From NCBI RefSeq assembly GCF_026571515.1, contig NW_026864127.1, forward strand, positions 1 to 64,000: 64,000 nucleotides of DNA. The letters run 5' to 3'. A model generated the notes under the pieces. The model was not told where the DNA came from, ran no database searches, and worked only from the letters and a program-made list of their open reading frames with translations. Below, one piece after another: positions 14,901-28,572 of the stretch (positions are counted from its first letter, which is position 1; each line of letters begins with the position of its first letter). The stretch is from Ruditapes philippinarum (lineage: Eukaryota). The translations under genes and the position numbers were made by a program.

Positions 14901-15799
14901 TGACAAATGGATCGTGTTTAAATATAACATATTGTTTTTTTTGTTTTTTTTTAACGTTTAAAAATCTTCGGAATTTGGAATTTTCATTTATTTACATTTG
15001 CAAGGTTCATATATCTGTGCATAAGAAAACTATTTCTAATTATACATTTGTCTCACTGAAATGAACAATTACAACCATGTTAAGTTGTGATATTCAAACA
15101 TACACCTGCCTAGGAAATATATTATCGTCTTTTTATCTTCTTATTCAAATATTTATACCTATGTTTTGGTGTATGCTATTTGTTAAGTGTCTATTGATAT
15201 ACGTAAAGTTTGATTGAAATGCTTGATTGTATTATATTCATACATTGGTGTACAACGAAATAAAATTTCAATCATTTTGTCGTTTGTCTGATTTGTGATT
15301 AAAAAATTCAAATATGAGTGAAGACATATAAACACATTTTAGTCCACTGCAGCACAAGCTGATCAAGCTGTGAAGATCTAATTCTCCTGTTATCTGTTAT
15401 ATTCAAGAAACATAACCTCCCGAATAAATGGTCAAATTTCAATAACACATTTTATAATGTGTTTTCTTATAAAGTTTATAGAAAATAGCATTATCAATGG
15501 CAATCACAAGAAACACCTTTTTTATAATCGTAAGTATTATCTTCCAAGGTTTTTTTCTCCCCAAAATCATTCTTATTTTAGATTATTATACAACATAAAA
15601 TAGTCGAAATATTTTGCTGAAAAACTTTGTAATTAAAAGAATATGCTATTTCACAAAAATAATTGAAATACGTTTAATTATAACAAAAGATATGGTTTTC
15701 TATTATTCACATTTTATTTAAAGAAAATTGCGTTTTGTTTCAAATTTATATCAGTTTATATACTTTTTTGCCTAATTTATGAGTTAATTTTACGAGTAA

Positions 15800-16510
15800 A
15801 TAAAGCACTTTCACATTATCCCTCATGTACAAACTCAACCAAACCAAGCCTGCAATTTCAGGTAAGTTTGCTGTTATAAATGCTTCCGAGGGATCACATT
15901 TTTCCAGATATTTAATATGCATTACAACGCCAGGTGTGAAGTGTTGTGAGGCAACCGGAAGAATTTGCTCCGTACTTCTTTTCAGCGAAGTTATATTTTT
16001 CTGTTTTTTTTTTGTAGATCATTCAGTCCAAAACTTTTAAGTGTTGAGTTTTGAGTACCGCTTAAGTCGGTGCAAGAGTGCAAGAGAGCGAGAGGGATGT
16101 TGCTTTTTTGCATTATTCCTAATGTACAGACTGAATCACACCGAGTCCTCAGTTTAAATGTATTTTTTCTGATTCGAATGCTTCCGAGGGATCATTTTTT
16201 TTCAAGATATTTATACATCATTTCAGCAACCAGCAGGTGTAAAGTGCTGTGTGGCAGCCGTAAAACTTTCCATCAGTGTAGTTATATTTCTGGTCCTTCT
16301 GGATTATCGAGTAGTACGGCAGGTGTTATGTACTGTGTGGCAGCCGTTAAAAGATGTTCCGCGCTTCACTTCAGTGTTGTTATATTTTTCTGGTCCTTCG
16401 GGATCATTGAGTCAAGCATTTTTAAGTGTGAAGTATTGACAACCGGTTAAGCCCGTGTTAGAGGACGTGAAATATGTTGCACTTTTTCATTATACCTTAT
16501 GTACAAACTT
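15800..16510 (+). repeat. Degenerate tandem units of a dispersed repeat also present at 59070-59530
   Basis: Recurrent blocks TGCTTCCGAGGGATCA, GTGGCAGCCGT, CTTCAGTGTTGTTATATTT, GGATCATTGA and ACCG(G/C)TTAAG. Confidence 0.65.
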
Positions 16511-16950
16511 GAAGGTGGCTTATTATTATGCTGCTGACCGTTCCAAGGCGGCGCCGCTCTGTGTTCCTCAGATGTACATGTCTATGTTGTTTCATACTGT
16601 TTTGGTGACACTTTTGCTTGTGTCCCTTGTTGTTATCTCGTCTACGGTAAGTATCTTCCCCTTTTTTGTTTCTTTGATTACCCCCCCCCCCTTCCCCCGG
16701 TCTCCTGTCTCCTTCCCTGTGACTTTGTGGGCCTATTATTTAATTATTTATTTGTTTTCTTTGAATTCCTTATCAGTTACAAATTATTTATCTTTTATTG
16801 ATTAACTTGTCCGTGCTCTGTCTTGTGCCCTGTCCTGTTTTCATTTGGGGTCCTCCTGGGCTCCTTGCCACTGACTCTTGTTACTGGGTCGGGTGGGGAC
16901 TGTGTTCATTGAACGCCGCCTTTCCTTGGTGAACTTTTTTTTATCATATA
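16511..16950. mobile_element. Short interspersed repeat, probably a retroelement 3'-end derivative
   Basis: GC-richer block with CTGACCGTTCCAAGGCGG, a poly-C run and a ...GCCTTTCCTTGGTGAACTTTT end. It interrupts the preceding repeat. Family not identified. Confidence 0.45.
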
Positions 16951-17904
16951 TTATATATCATATATTTTTTGGTTGATTGAACTCTTGAATTGATTGCCAA
17001 ACATTTGGTTTATAGTATTGTAGCCTTCGATGATACCGTTAACTTCGCGAATGTTAAAAAAAAATAAATGTACGAGGGCAATCAATGTTAATAAGGCTGA
17101 AGAAACAAAATAATTGCGTAGCCATAAGTGTATCCCCATTAATTGCAAGTGAATATTGTTTTAAGAACAATATAAATAAGGCAAATTATAATATAGCGCA
17201 TTTATAAAGACTTAAGCATAAGCAGTTGGGAACGGGACTCTATTCATATTTCCTATCTTGTAATGGCTTTTAAAATATTTTACCTAAATATCGTTTCATA
17301 TTTTACGAGTGCACAGTATTATCAATTTTATACGAGCTGCTTCTTTAAATATATTCCAACTCTGACGGTATATTAAGTTGACAAGGAGTGATATACGTCA
17401 TTTGCCCCATCGTTTGGTATGACTCCGGTTATGCTTGATTACTATTTTAATCAAAATTGTCCCGTTATCGATGTCAAGTATCAGGTACCTCAGATATCGG
17501 ACGGATAAAACTTTGAAGGTATAAGCGGTATTAAAACGGATGTATTGTGTTTTGATTTGTCAACATGGACAAAAAAGCAGACACTTTAGTAATATAGGAC
17601 TCAGGTTTCTGTGCCTTAGACATTTTTAATCAAGGGCCATGATTTGTATTATTCTTGATATTGTCAAATAGGCAATTATTGATACTAAATATTTTCCGCA
17701 ACAGTTGAGAAAACTTTTAAATTTAATTTCCTATATAATTAAATGAAAAAAAAAGCACACTTTTGAAGCCAATAGCAATGGTCCTTATAAATTTTGAAGA
17801 GGTCCACAAGGATTTTCTTTTCTTTGTCAACTTCTAAGCTTTTGCCCGATGACTAAATATATAAACACCCCTTATCCTCTAATTTGCCTATAAAATCTAT
17901 ATAT

Positions 17905-17969
17905 ATTTAAATTTTACCAAGGCCTTTCAAATAGAAACTCTATTTGAAAGGCCTTGGTAGAATTTAAAT
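17905..17969. repeat. Near-perfect 65-bp hairpin (31-bp arms, 1 mismatch, 3-nt loop)
   Basis: ATTTAAATTTTACCAAGGCCTTTCAAATAGA-AAC-TCTATTTGAAAGGCCTTGGTAGAATTTAAAT. Confidence 0.9.
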
Positions 17970-20499
17970 TCCACGTCGCAGCCATTTTAAATCAGTAGAA
18001 CAAAGGGTCATTCTCCTAGAAATTTCTGAATTCAGACTGTGGGGTATTTTAAAGTAACTTTCCCATCAAAATTGAAAGTAACAAATGTGGTCCGGGACCC
18101 TGAACTAAAAGGTTTACTATTTTTTATTGCAATAACGTCCATTCTCTTCTCAGAGCCATGGGTTAATTTGCATTATCTGCGTAGGAGCCTGCTCACATAT
18201 TTCCTTTTATTCTAAGACTTTCAGCTTTCCATGTTGTTAAGTAATTAACTGTTTTAAGTCTGGTCAACCAGAACATTTAACTACCAGAAAGTATGTAATA
18301 TGTCATCTGTTGATTCATATATAGGACACATAAACGGCCAGGAAGAAATTAAAGGGATCAATCCAGGTGGACAGGGAGGATATAACATTAAGAAATGCGA
18401 GACTACTTGAAAAACTGTCTTAAAAAGAGGAAGTGAAAAACTGTTGGTCAGACGAGGGCAAAATTATTGTCCTTTTGACAAACGGAAGAAAGATGAAGGT
18501 AGATATGAACACAGATCTTTCAAGGCCTTTACTCTAAAGTGTGAAAAAGAAGGTTAATTTAACTCTTTGTGACTTAGAAGAAACGATAGATTTATGATAC
18601 AAACTGTATATAGTTGCGTGATGTGTTAAAACTGATGATTGATACACACATGTTTGATTTTCAATATCACACGTTGTTTTGTTTGTTGATTTATGTAAAT
18701 AATGCCCTGTCATAAGCTTTTATAGATTTACTTTATTTTCATTGGTCGTAAACTACCGATGTGCATTACGTAGGTTAATCAAATGAGATAAATTGCGCTT
18801 TTGATTGGCCTATTGCAAAGCATCATGTATTTACACATAAACGTCTACGTCACCAGTTATTGCGCTACAGTACTTACTTTATATTAGACATATATTTTTC
18901 AAAGCTAATTTTGTTTATTTACGCAATTCAGCTGGTTAGAATTACAAGCGTAAATATAACATATTACGAAGAATGATGTGACTTGTTAGATGAGTCATTG
19001 AGAGTTCGCTTTTCAGTTTGTTTTTCTTTTTGCACAAGCAATAATGGTGAAAAATTAATATAATCACGTAAGCGGCAAAACAAGGAAATGAAACCTTAAC
19101 AAATTTAAAACATGTAATATAATCGAACTATCGCGTGTCGTTATTGTATTTTGTTAATATTAGACAGGTTTTTAGCCATTCATGCCGACAATTGCAGACC
19201 GTAACTCTGAAATATTGACTTGCGCTTCTTTTTTCTGTAATCTTGTTTTTAGAGATTACTACAGTATATATTATGTACTCAGTTTATGTGATGTGTGAAA
19301 ATTGTAGAAGCTAATGCCATATTTTTATACTTAAGTATGTGTAAGCCTACTCTTTGTATGGATGGTTAGTCCCAATGTTGCTTATTATGCATACTTTCTC
19401 TTTCTGCTTTTTGTATTTATAATTAATATTCATGTATGTCTCCTATATATATAATTATTATAGTTATACACAAAAAGCTATGGTGGGGTGAAGTTAAACA
19501 TAATTTAATTACAGGTCACACTAAATTAAACAGTATTATAGTATAAAAAGTGTTAAAAATATAACAAAACACAGACAGCCTTCTTTTCTTTTTTCCAAAT
19601 TTCTATTTGTATAAGGGAAAGATGTTTTAAGAATTAAATAGGTCAATGCAGAGAGGATCATGTTTCTGGTATTTTTCTTTACTTAGCAGTTTAAATTACT
19701 TTTTTAAAACTGATAATTTTTCCATGATCAAACATTATTACTGTTTTGGGGATTTTTTGACAAAATGACTGAAAATATAAATTTTGTCTCAATGAATGTT
19801 CAGGGGTTATGGGATAGCCAAAAAAGAAAAGATGTATAACAGCCTCCGGAATAAGTTTGCAAATCCGGAATTTTCGCAAACTCAACTACCCTTTTTAACA
19901 TAGTTTCAATACAAAAAGTTAAATCAAACAGTAATTTGGATAAAAATAGACGATTATTGACCGATTACACAAAGATAGCGCAATAACTAAACGCTGTGTG
20001 AGCGTTCAAAGTGTGACCTCCCATGGGGTTTTTCAATTCTCCCACGGGTTTTTACGTATCCCACTGGGACTTTAGTGGGGTTGAAACCCCATTTCTTAAA
20101 GTGGGAGAATAAATCCATGGGAGGAAAAATATTTTTTTTTTCTAAATATTTTTACATGTGTTGAATATATAATACTTATAATAAACTTATAAGTATTCGA
20201 GGAATATATTTAAAGAATTTTGCAATTCTCCCATTGGCTGAACTAACCCATTTAGTAAATGGGAGAAATCTCCCAAAATTAAAATGGTGCGGAAACCTCC
20301 CAAAATTAAAATGGGAGAAATCTCCCATGATGGCTAACTTGGAGAAATACCCCATTAGAGCGTGATGGGAGAATAACATTATGGGAGAATTCATCTATAT
20401 CTTTTTTTTTGTTTTACTTATTGGATCGGAAGTTTAACAGTAAAAGTTTTTCTACATGTTAATATTCGGTTCCGACCTTTTTAAAATGAAATAGGTCCG

Positions 20500-20940
20500 G
20501 TCCAATTAGTTATTTATTTACTCAATTAATTAATTATTAATTTATTTATTAGTTAATTAATTAATTCTAAATAAATAAATAAATTCATTCATTCATTCAT
20601 TCATTCAATTAATTATAAATATATAAATAAATAGAAAAATAAATAATTAAATTAACATATTGATAAATCAATATATTAATAAACTAATAAATTAATACAC
20701 TTATTAATTAATTAAATAAAGAAATCAATAAATAAATAATTAATTAATAAATTAATAGATTGATAAATTGATGAATTAATAAATAAATAAATTATTTTTT
20801 TAATAAATTGATTAAATAAATAAATTAATTAATTGGTTTATGAATTAATGTTACAAATGTCCAATTAGTCTAATAATGAATTAAAATATATCTGAAATAT
20901 TATGATTTCGCTTGGATTATTACCTTAAGTTTCATAAACA
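20500..20940 (+). repeat. First, partial unit of the tandem array that resumes at 33931
   Basis: AT-rich (AATA/ATTA) block followed by TGTCCAATTAGTCT...TCTGAAATATTATGATTTCG...TTACCTTAAGTTTCATAAACA, as in the units at 35173, 36502 and 37487. Confidence 0.85.
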
Positions 20941-21395
20941 TTAATAGCGACTGTTTTTTTTAATCATATAAATATATAAATGTATATTTCTTTCCATTAA
21001 TTTATAGTATTTGTTCTGTGTAGTTAGTTATTATTTATAGTAGGATATAATTTTATGATTAGTATGATATTTTCGTGTTATTATAAATGTTTTACTAGTC
21101 TCTTATAATTCAATGATTGAATGGTCAGGTACTTTTCTGTGTTTTATGTTTGCTTATGAATTTTATTTGTGTATGTGCATGAATGAGATTTAAAGGGCCC
21201 ATTGGTTGGTAATTTACCACAGCGATATTTCCATTTATATTCGTAAGAAAAAGCCACTAAACCTTATTCAGCGGAAATTACCGACTGCTGTCGTGTTTAT
21301 TGGAGCATAAATCACCGCTTATCATTGGCCAGTATTTCACGCGTTTTACGATTCAACGCACCTCGGCGATTTACGGAAAAAGTCGGAAGAAACTC

Positions 21396-21411
21396 GGTGT
21401 GACGTCACACC
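21396..21411. promoter_or_regulatory. Perfect 16-bp palindrome with CRE/ATF core (GGTGTGACGTCACACC) upstream of the transposase
   Basis: TGACGTCA core about 100 bp upstream of ATG 21509, in a CpG-rich terminal region. ATTGG boxes are nearby. Confidence 0.6.
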
Positions 21412-21991
21412 CAGTACTCATTCGAGAATCGCCATATTGGAAACATTGAAAAAAAATATCGTACAGTAATTTTTAGACTTATTCAGCGTAATTGGTTGGA
21501 TTTAAGCAATGGGAGGCGCGAGATGTGTTGTTGGAGGATGCAGCAATAAAAGAAGTGAGCGGGTTAGTTTACATCAATTCCCTAAGGACACGAACATTCG
21601 ACAACAATGGGTGAGGGCTATCAAGTGTACAGGAACGAATGTCTCTAGAGCTGACTGGAATGGACCTAGTTCTTCAAAATCAGCACAAGCACAATTGGTA
21701 TGCTCTGAACATTTTGAATTCACGTGCTTTACCCTCACCACAAGGATGCATTGGCAGCAGGGATTACCATACAAGGCTGCCCTTACTGACGAAGCGGTGC
21801 CTACCCTGTTCGGTGTACAGATACAGGAGTATAAGAATAGGGTAGAGAATCCAAGTTCTAGAGGAGCCTTTAGAAAACGTGAATTGGAAAGAGTAAGTGT
21901 ATTTCTATGCATATTTATTTGATGTCAAATTTTTGAAAAATACATATTAAAATAGGTAAATTTTGTGGCTAATATATGAACTGTTATTGTA

Positions 21992-22373
21992 TAGGAAGTG
22001 GCTAGCCATACGGCTAGCCAAAAGTTCTAGCCGTACGTGAGTCACGAACGACTAGCCAGGACACATTGTTTTGGCTAGCCGTACGGCACTTTTAAAAAAT
22101 GTATGGAAGGCGAAATTGCATATGTTAATTATGACTTAAAGCGAGGATTTTAGTCAAGAATGTTTACTTTTTAGAGATTAATCGAGGCGTTGGTTACAGT
22201 AAACACTTGTTTAAAGAAACAAAATAACATATGCATTTATGACTTCCATATATTTTTTAAAAGTGGCGTGCGACTAGCCAATACAGTTTGTCTAGACTAG
22301 TCGTACGTGACTCGCGTACGGCTAGAACTTTTGGCTAGCCGTACGGGCCCGTACGGCTAGCCACTTCCTACTG
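21992..22373. mobile_element. Fold-back MITE in transposase intron 1
   Basis: About 130-bp inverted arms TAGGAAGTGGCTAGCC.../...GGCTAGCCACTTCCTACTG with internal GGCTAGCCGTAC repeats. The right end is followed by TA (Tc1/mariner-like). Confidence 0.85.
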
Positions 22374-24096
22374 TATACAGGTCAAGCACGTCTCAACAAA
22401 TGTTTGTTAAAGAAAGAATATAGTTGGATATTTTTTAAAACATCAAAATTCAAAGTAAATTTTATGTGGTCTGCAAAATTTATAGAATTCTACGAAGTCA
22501 TACATGGAACATTTGGATGAAATTTGCACTGTAATTTGTAAAATGCTTAGGCTATCTCAAGGATATATCACTAGATTGATTTCAAGTCAGCTTGGTGTGA
22601 TCAACTTGGAACAACTTAGCCTGTATTCAGCTCATGTTACATTCATTTTGTAAATTACACAAATATTCATTTTGTAAATTGGGCAAACAAAGTATGTTTC
22701 ATCATAGAAAATTACGCAAAATCTGCTAAAGAAATGCATCTAGACCTTCTGTTAAAAATTTGTTAAATAATTAATATAATAATAATACATTTTTTTAGAT
22801 TATTGGAGAATATGAAGTCACACCAACTGGACATGCTGAGCAACCCCTACCAGTCAGACCAGCACTACTTCAGCCCTCCACTGGACAAGTGAAAGAGACG
22901 CTAACGGTAAATATCAAGTGAACATTTGTTTCCACATACACAAGCTAAATCTGTACTCTCAGTTTGTGTTTAGCTTAGTAATGGAAGTATTTGAACTTGG
23001 TTTTGATAAAAGACCCCAAGTTTTATAGGCTATTAATTGTAGCGTTAGATGCTTGCCACTGTTATTTAACACACATGAATATTGTATGTAAACATAGTAT
23101 TGTTCTGCTTAGTACTATTTTAAGTACGCTCTTGTCTATTTAGCAATGATTTTGTACATGCACTATTCATTTTTAATGCAGTTAAAGAACATAGATTTTC
23201 CACTCAAGAATTTTGGGAGATTTTTTTTAACTCAAACAATAATATTTGCAGCAGATGTATAGCCTCACACACTTAAAATGTCTAGGAATAATTAATTTCG
23301 AAAAATTATCCAAAACATATACAATAGCAGGTGGCCATGTCAAACACTAAGCTGCTATTACACAATGGACCCATTTCATAGCAGTGATGGCAAAAAATCA
23401 GTTAGGAAAAATCATGCAAAGGTCATTTATAATCCGAACATATTTCAATAATTTGTATAAACAGAACATGTGTTTTACTCCATTTTAAACAGCTATGAAA
23501 GGAATTATATACTAAAGATTAGGAGAAAATATATCAATATTTCAGTGTTTCACTGTATTCACAGAAACAAAATTTCAGTGTGTCATTGGGTATCAATGTA
23601 TAAATCAAATATGCTTTTCACTGAATCAATGACAGCTGTAGAGAATTCATAATTTTCTTTTTGGTTTAATAACATTGATTGTCTAATATACATGAATTAT
23701 GATAATTTTGTTTTAGATACATAGTGATGCCGAATTACCTGAGATTAGTGAAAATGGGCCATGTGTCAGTGAGAACAATCAGGAGTCTGAGGACAGTTTA
23801 TCAGTACAGACAGAAGTATGGATCTTTTTAAAGATTATTTTCTTCTTAAAAGTGTTAAAGCAGTTTAATCCATAATTGAGAAAAATCTTTTCATTTTTTA
23901 ATCTTTATTGTTCTTTTACAATTTTGCGACTTCTATTTTGTTACTACTTTTTTGATTTCTATAGCTTCTTATAAGAAACATGGCTGTGAACTTATTATCT
24001 CAGAAAATCTCACAAAATGTGAACATGCTGATCAATAAATCTCTTATACAGATTTAAAGTGGATTACATCATAGTTTCCTGTCCATATTAATATAG

Positions 24097-24294
24097 CAGT
24101 GATTTTCCTACTTACATAACAGACTCCGAAAAAAGGCCTCTTCCCAATTGAAATTTTCTTTAAAATCATGCAGTTTTCCCAAAAATTTGAACTTAAACCA
24201 GCTTTTTTACTTCCCAAATCAGCAGTTTTAGCGATAATTTTTCCCAAAATCAAGAGGCTAAGGCCTCTTCCCAATTAAGTGGGAAAAAACACTG
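24097..24294. mobile_element. MITE with CAGTG...CACTG termini and 5-bp TSD TATAG
   Basis: TATAG|CAGTGATTTTCC...GGAAAAAACACTG|TATAG, with internal TTCCCAA repeats. Confidence 0.75.
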
Positions 24295-25865
24295 TATAGC
24301 TCTGTGATTTAGCCAAGTCTTCAAAGAAAGAGCTAGCCTAATGCCAGATCAACATACATACATTTCTACATAGGAATTTTGCTCACTGATACAAAAAAAT
24401 AACCTCAAGTTTCACTGATCTTTCTATTACATATGTCAGCATCCATTAGTAGTTGTACTTTTTAAAAAAATACTGACCAACAGTAATGTGTAATTACATT
24501 GTTGAAATCCAGTCATTTGTTTCATGCTTTCTAGTGTTTTACTGTAATATATCAGATGATTATACTCTGATAAACCACTAGTGCAATTTTTAAAATATAA
24601 ATTTTACTGTGGCCGGAAAATATGTGAATGTCGGTGAAAAGAATATCATAACTAAATAGGATACAGTAATAGGCAAAGCTGATTGCTGTCATAAGTAATT
24701 TTTGCTTCTTTAGGAACAGACAGTTAATATCATCTGATCTTACATCATGTTCAAAATGTAACCAAAGTAGAGAAATTTTAACAGAACTATATTTCAAAAT
24801 TGATGACGTGGTGTGATGATGTCTCATAAGAGAATGCACGACGTTAAGCGGCAATATCAGTAAAAATACTTTAAATCACTTAAAAGTATGAAATAAAAAG
24901 AAAATTTATTTGTTATTCATATAAGATTAAAATGTATTTCATTTGTGAACACCAACTTTTCTATCTTCACTTGTGGTTACGCCACTCATAAAGTTATTGC
25001 ATCTGGTGTTCAATTATTTACATATATTTCAATCTTACATGCAAAACAGTCAAATATCCTCTATGTATCTTTCATTCTTTGTATTCTGATTAAATTAATT
25101 ATTTCCTTAATGATCTTTTTGACAGAGAGCAAATCTTCCTATAAAGACATCTGAAGAAAACAAGAGTCAGTGCCCACCACAATGTGCCCAGGACGAGGTT
25201 TCAGACTTGATCAAGGTATGTTTGTTTCAGTTATTAAAAAAATGTAGAAAAATGTGGAATTTGTGTTAGACATTCTGATGCATATAGATTTTGTGTCTTG
25301 AAGAGCTGAATTTATGGCAAATGAGCGGAATTGTCAAGCAACGACAAAATTTAATCAGACATGAATCATAAAAGGGTGACAGATATCAAATAGAACACTT
25401 GTTGAATTGTTACAGCCCAATCAGTAGGAACTAGAAACCAGTGTCTATGTCATATATGTATATAGCTATGGATTTTTTTTATCTTTACAGGAGGATGGTA
25501 GATGTCTTTGTATAAAGCCCGAAACAACTTCTACAGGGACCCAGGTAAAGCCTGGAACAACAGTTAAGGGAGTTCAAGTCAGCAGAAAAGTTCAAGTCAC
25601 AAATGCTGTGAAAGGTAGTGTATAATATTCAGTTAATCAGTTATTTGTGACTGTTGAGCTTACCAGTAAGAAACACCTTTTAAATTGTAAATCTTGGTTA
25701 CAGGTTTAACTATATGCTTTAGTACGTTTTGAGATAAATATGATAATTTATGAATCTACAACTGCCAACATCAATATTGGCCCATCATTGGGGTAACTTA
25801 GTTTGATTAAACATACTTAAGCTTGATTGCGTAGTTAAGTTCTTGCAACTTATATTTGTCACTTT

Positions 25866-25955
25866 CAAGTTCGCTTCCTGGAACCAGCCAGTACTGTTGT
25901 CATATGAAGGAACATGGCTGTGACCGGATTAGGGCTTGAATCTATGATCCACTGG
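25866..25955 (-). mobile_element. Decayed tRNA-derived SINE fragment
   Basis: TTCCTGGAACCAGCCAGTACTG central block, plus a degenerate B-box-like GGGCTTGAATC on the opposite strand. Confidence 0.45.
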
Positions 25956-26629
25956 TTAAAAACTATTCAAAGACTGACTGGACTAAAGATTAGGTGGACC
26001 CAAAGTCTGACTCTAAAGCTGGCTTAGATCAGTTTTGAATCAGGTACTATTGGGTCAGGTATGCAAGTGGCAAAAATCACAATTTAAAGTCTGTTTTCAG
26101 TCCAACTGAAACAGACAACAATGCCTCTGGACCGTCTTTATGAATGGCAAATAAACTTTGCTGTTATGGTAACATTGGGGATAAGTGCACTGTGGACACA
26201 TTTGTAGATTTTATTTGTCATTTTCAGCTACTCAGACTTTGCGAAGACATACAGTTAGGATGGTCTCTTCATCTAGCCAGTATAATGTTAGCGATTGTAG
26301 TGAATGTCTCCCTGACAGAGATGATACACTCCATTGTTTAACACTGTCAACATCTAATAAGAAAGTTACCATATTCTCACCACTGAACACGTCATTCCAG
26401 TCAGCATCAACTGTATACATGGATGACCAAGAAAATGACCCAGACTACATGCCAGATGATTCCTTTCACAGTGACACTGATGAAGAATGCCATAAACAGT
26501 AAGTCATGTCTTTCATGGTTGCAGAGTAATGAGAATTAAAAATAGTTAGTTAATTGACATGCCCATCAAAACCCTCCATGGACTTTTGATTCTTTCATGT
26601 GAGAAAGCTATCAAGCTAACTAAGGGAAC

Positions 26630-26730
26630 ATTTGTGGTTCTGCCCGGGTGCCAATTTGTGTCTGAAATAATGAATGGAGAGGCTTATGAGGTCTTTCTCC
26701 GACAAAAAAGCTGAAAAGTTTTCCTATGAA
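26630..26730 (+). mobile_element. Decayed fragment of the same SINE family as 61653-63236
   Basis: GTGGTTCTGCCCGGGTGCC...CTGAAATAAT...TGAGGTCTTTCTCC...AAAGCTGAAA aligns with 61766-61860. Confidence 0.75.
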
Positions 26731-28216
26731 CTTTATTATGTTGGTGTAACTTGAAAACCTATCCATGAAAAATAAATTGACAAAAGCTATTTTCATTAAT
26801 ATTCTCCTTAGAAGAAATCTATGATAATATTTCACTAATTGATGATGATATCATCATGTCATAATTATTCCTTCATCAATTGTCAGAGGACTGCATGATT
26901 AAAAAAAAAACAAAAAAAAAACATTAAAAGTCCTTGTAAACTTTTTTCTGACTCACACACTCTAAAAATTGTTTGTAAGTGTCCGTCAACTGGTTTAATT
27001 TCTGAAATTGAGAAATACATTTGTTTATTATTTACTTATAAATGAAATATTGATGAAATAAAATGCTTATTTTTATTTTCAGTATTTTCACTTCAAAAAT
27101 TTATTTTTCACTGCAGTGAAACCTATTTTCTGTATTTTCACTGGTAACTTGCCAGGCTACTTTCTTGTTAAATCAGCCAATACACAAAATAAAGGGAATT
27201 CTTCCTATCCATAAGGTTAAAAAAGAGAAAAAATATATAATAAACAGACAATGCCAAGTTTTTTTTTATTTATACAGGATTTAATTTCATCTTGTGATAT
27301 GAAAATTATCATATTTCACTCGTTGCTATAGAAACTCTTGAAAAATTTATTTTCATACCACCTGATGAAAATAAATCCTGTATTTATAGAAGAAACTTGA
27401 ATAATCTCTGTATATTTGAAATAATATTTTTGGTATACAAATAAATAATGGTAATGTATTCTTTTTATCTATTTCAATTATTTTCTTTTGTAGAGATGAC
27501 CCAGTAAAGCAACGAAAGTTTCTTGTGTTTGAAGACAATCTTATGGAACTTTTTAATTCTTGTCAAGTTTGTGGTCATAAAACCGAAGCACAAGTAAGCC
27601 AGGTCCAGGGTTCATATGTTGCGGTGCGTCAGATATGTGACTGCGGTCATACAAGGCGCTGGGATTCTCAGCCAAAAGTTAATGGAGTGCCTGCTGGTAA
27701 TATTCTATTGAGTGCTGGGATATTGTTTTCAGGATGTTCCCCAACAAAGTTCCTACGTGTGTTTAACTTTATCAATATTATGTGTGTCACAGTGAATACA
27801 TTTTTTGACCATCAGAAAAGAATTCTTTGGCCTGTCATAGAAAGAACTTGGAATAACTACTGTGTTAGAATGATGAGAACATTAAGAGAAAGAGGAGGAG
27901 AAGTTGTTGTGGCCGGTGATGGAAGAGCAGACAGTCCTGGTCATTGCGCAAAGTATGGTGTCTACTCACTAATTGACATGAACTCTGGTCAAGTCATTGG
28001 TCTCCATCTCGTACAGGTAATTAATAAAAATTCAATTATAGAATATTCAAGATATCCTGGGGAACAAAATCAAAATTATAAAATGTATGACTTTTTTATG
28101 TCTGATCTGATTCACATTATTTTACGAATGAGTCTTGATGACGACTGTTTATTGAAAAACTAATAGTGATTATTGTTTTAAAATTAGAACTCTGCCATAT
28201 AATTTGCATACATGGA

Positions 28217-28572
28217 CAGCGTTTTTTTCCCTCTTCTTTGGGAATGGTGCCGATACTAGACTGATAGGAAAAATGTGTTATTTTTATTTAAATTTGGGAA
28301 TTTTTTAATGCATTTTTTCTGCTACAAATAAGATAAGTCATCATGAATAAAGATAGGTAACAGCTGCCACTGTCCAGATGGAACTATTGAGTGATGATTT
28401 ATATGAATATGCTGGATTTAAATGATTTCAGAGAAATAACTTGGTCTTGTGGAAATTTTAACAGCCATTTTTGGAATTTAAACATTAGAAATTGGGAATT
28501 TTAATGTCTATTTACTATTTGGAATAGTACCGTTTTAGGGTAGTGGTTATAGAGAAAAAAAAATAACCACTG
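28217..28572. mobile_element. MITE related to 24097-24294, in the opposite orientation
   Basis: CAGCGTTTTTTTCC...AAAATAACCACTG, flanks ATGGA/ATGGC (4/5 TSD match), internal TTGGGAA repeats. Confidence 0.6.

Noticed and set aside
15825-17148. Several 60-126-aa ORFs
   Set aside because: They overlap degenerate repeats, have no domain signatures, and show no coherent splice structure.
21509-21922. Stand-alone 137-aa THAP gene
   Set aside because: A strong donor at 21893 and in-phase downstream exons make it exon 1 of the transposase.
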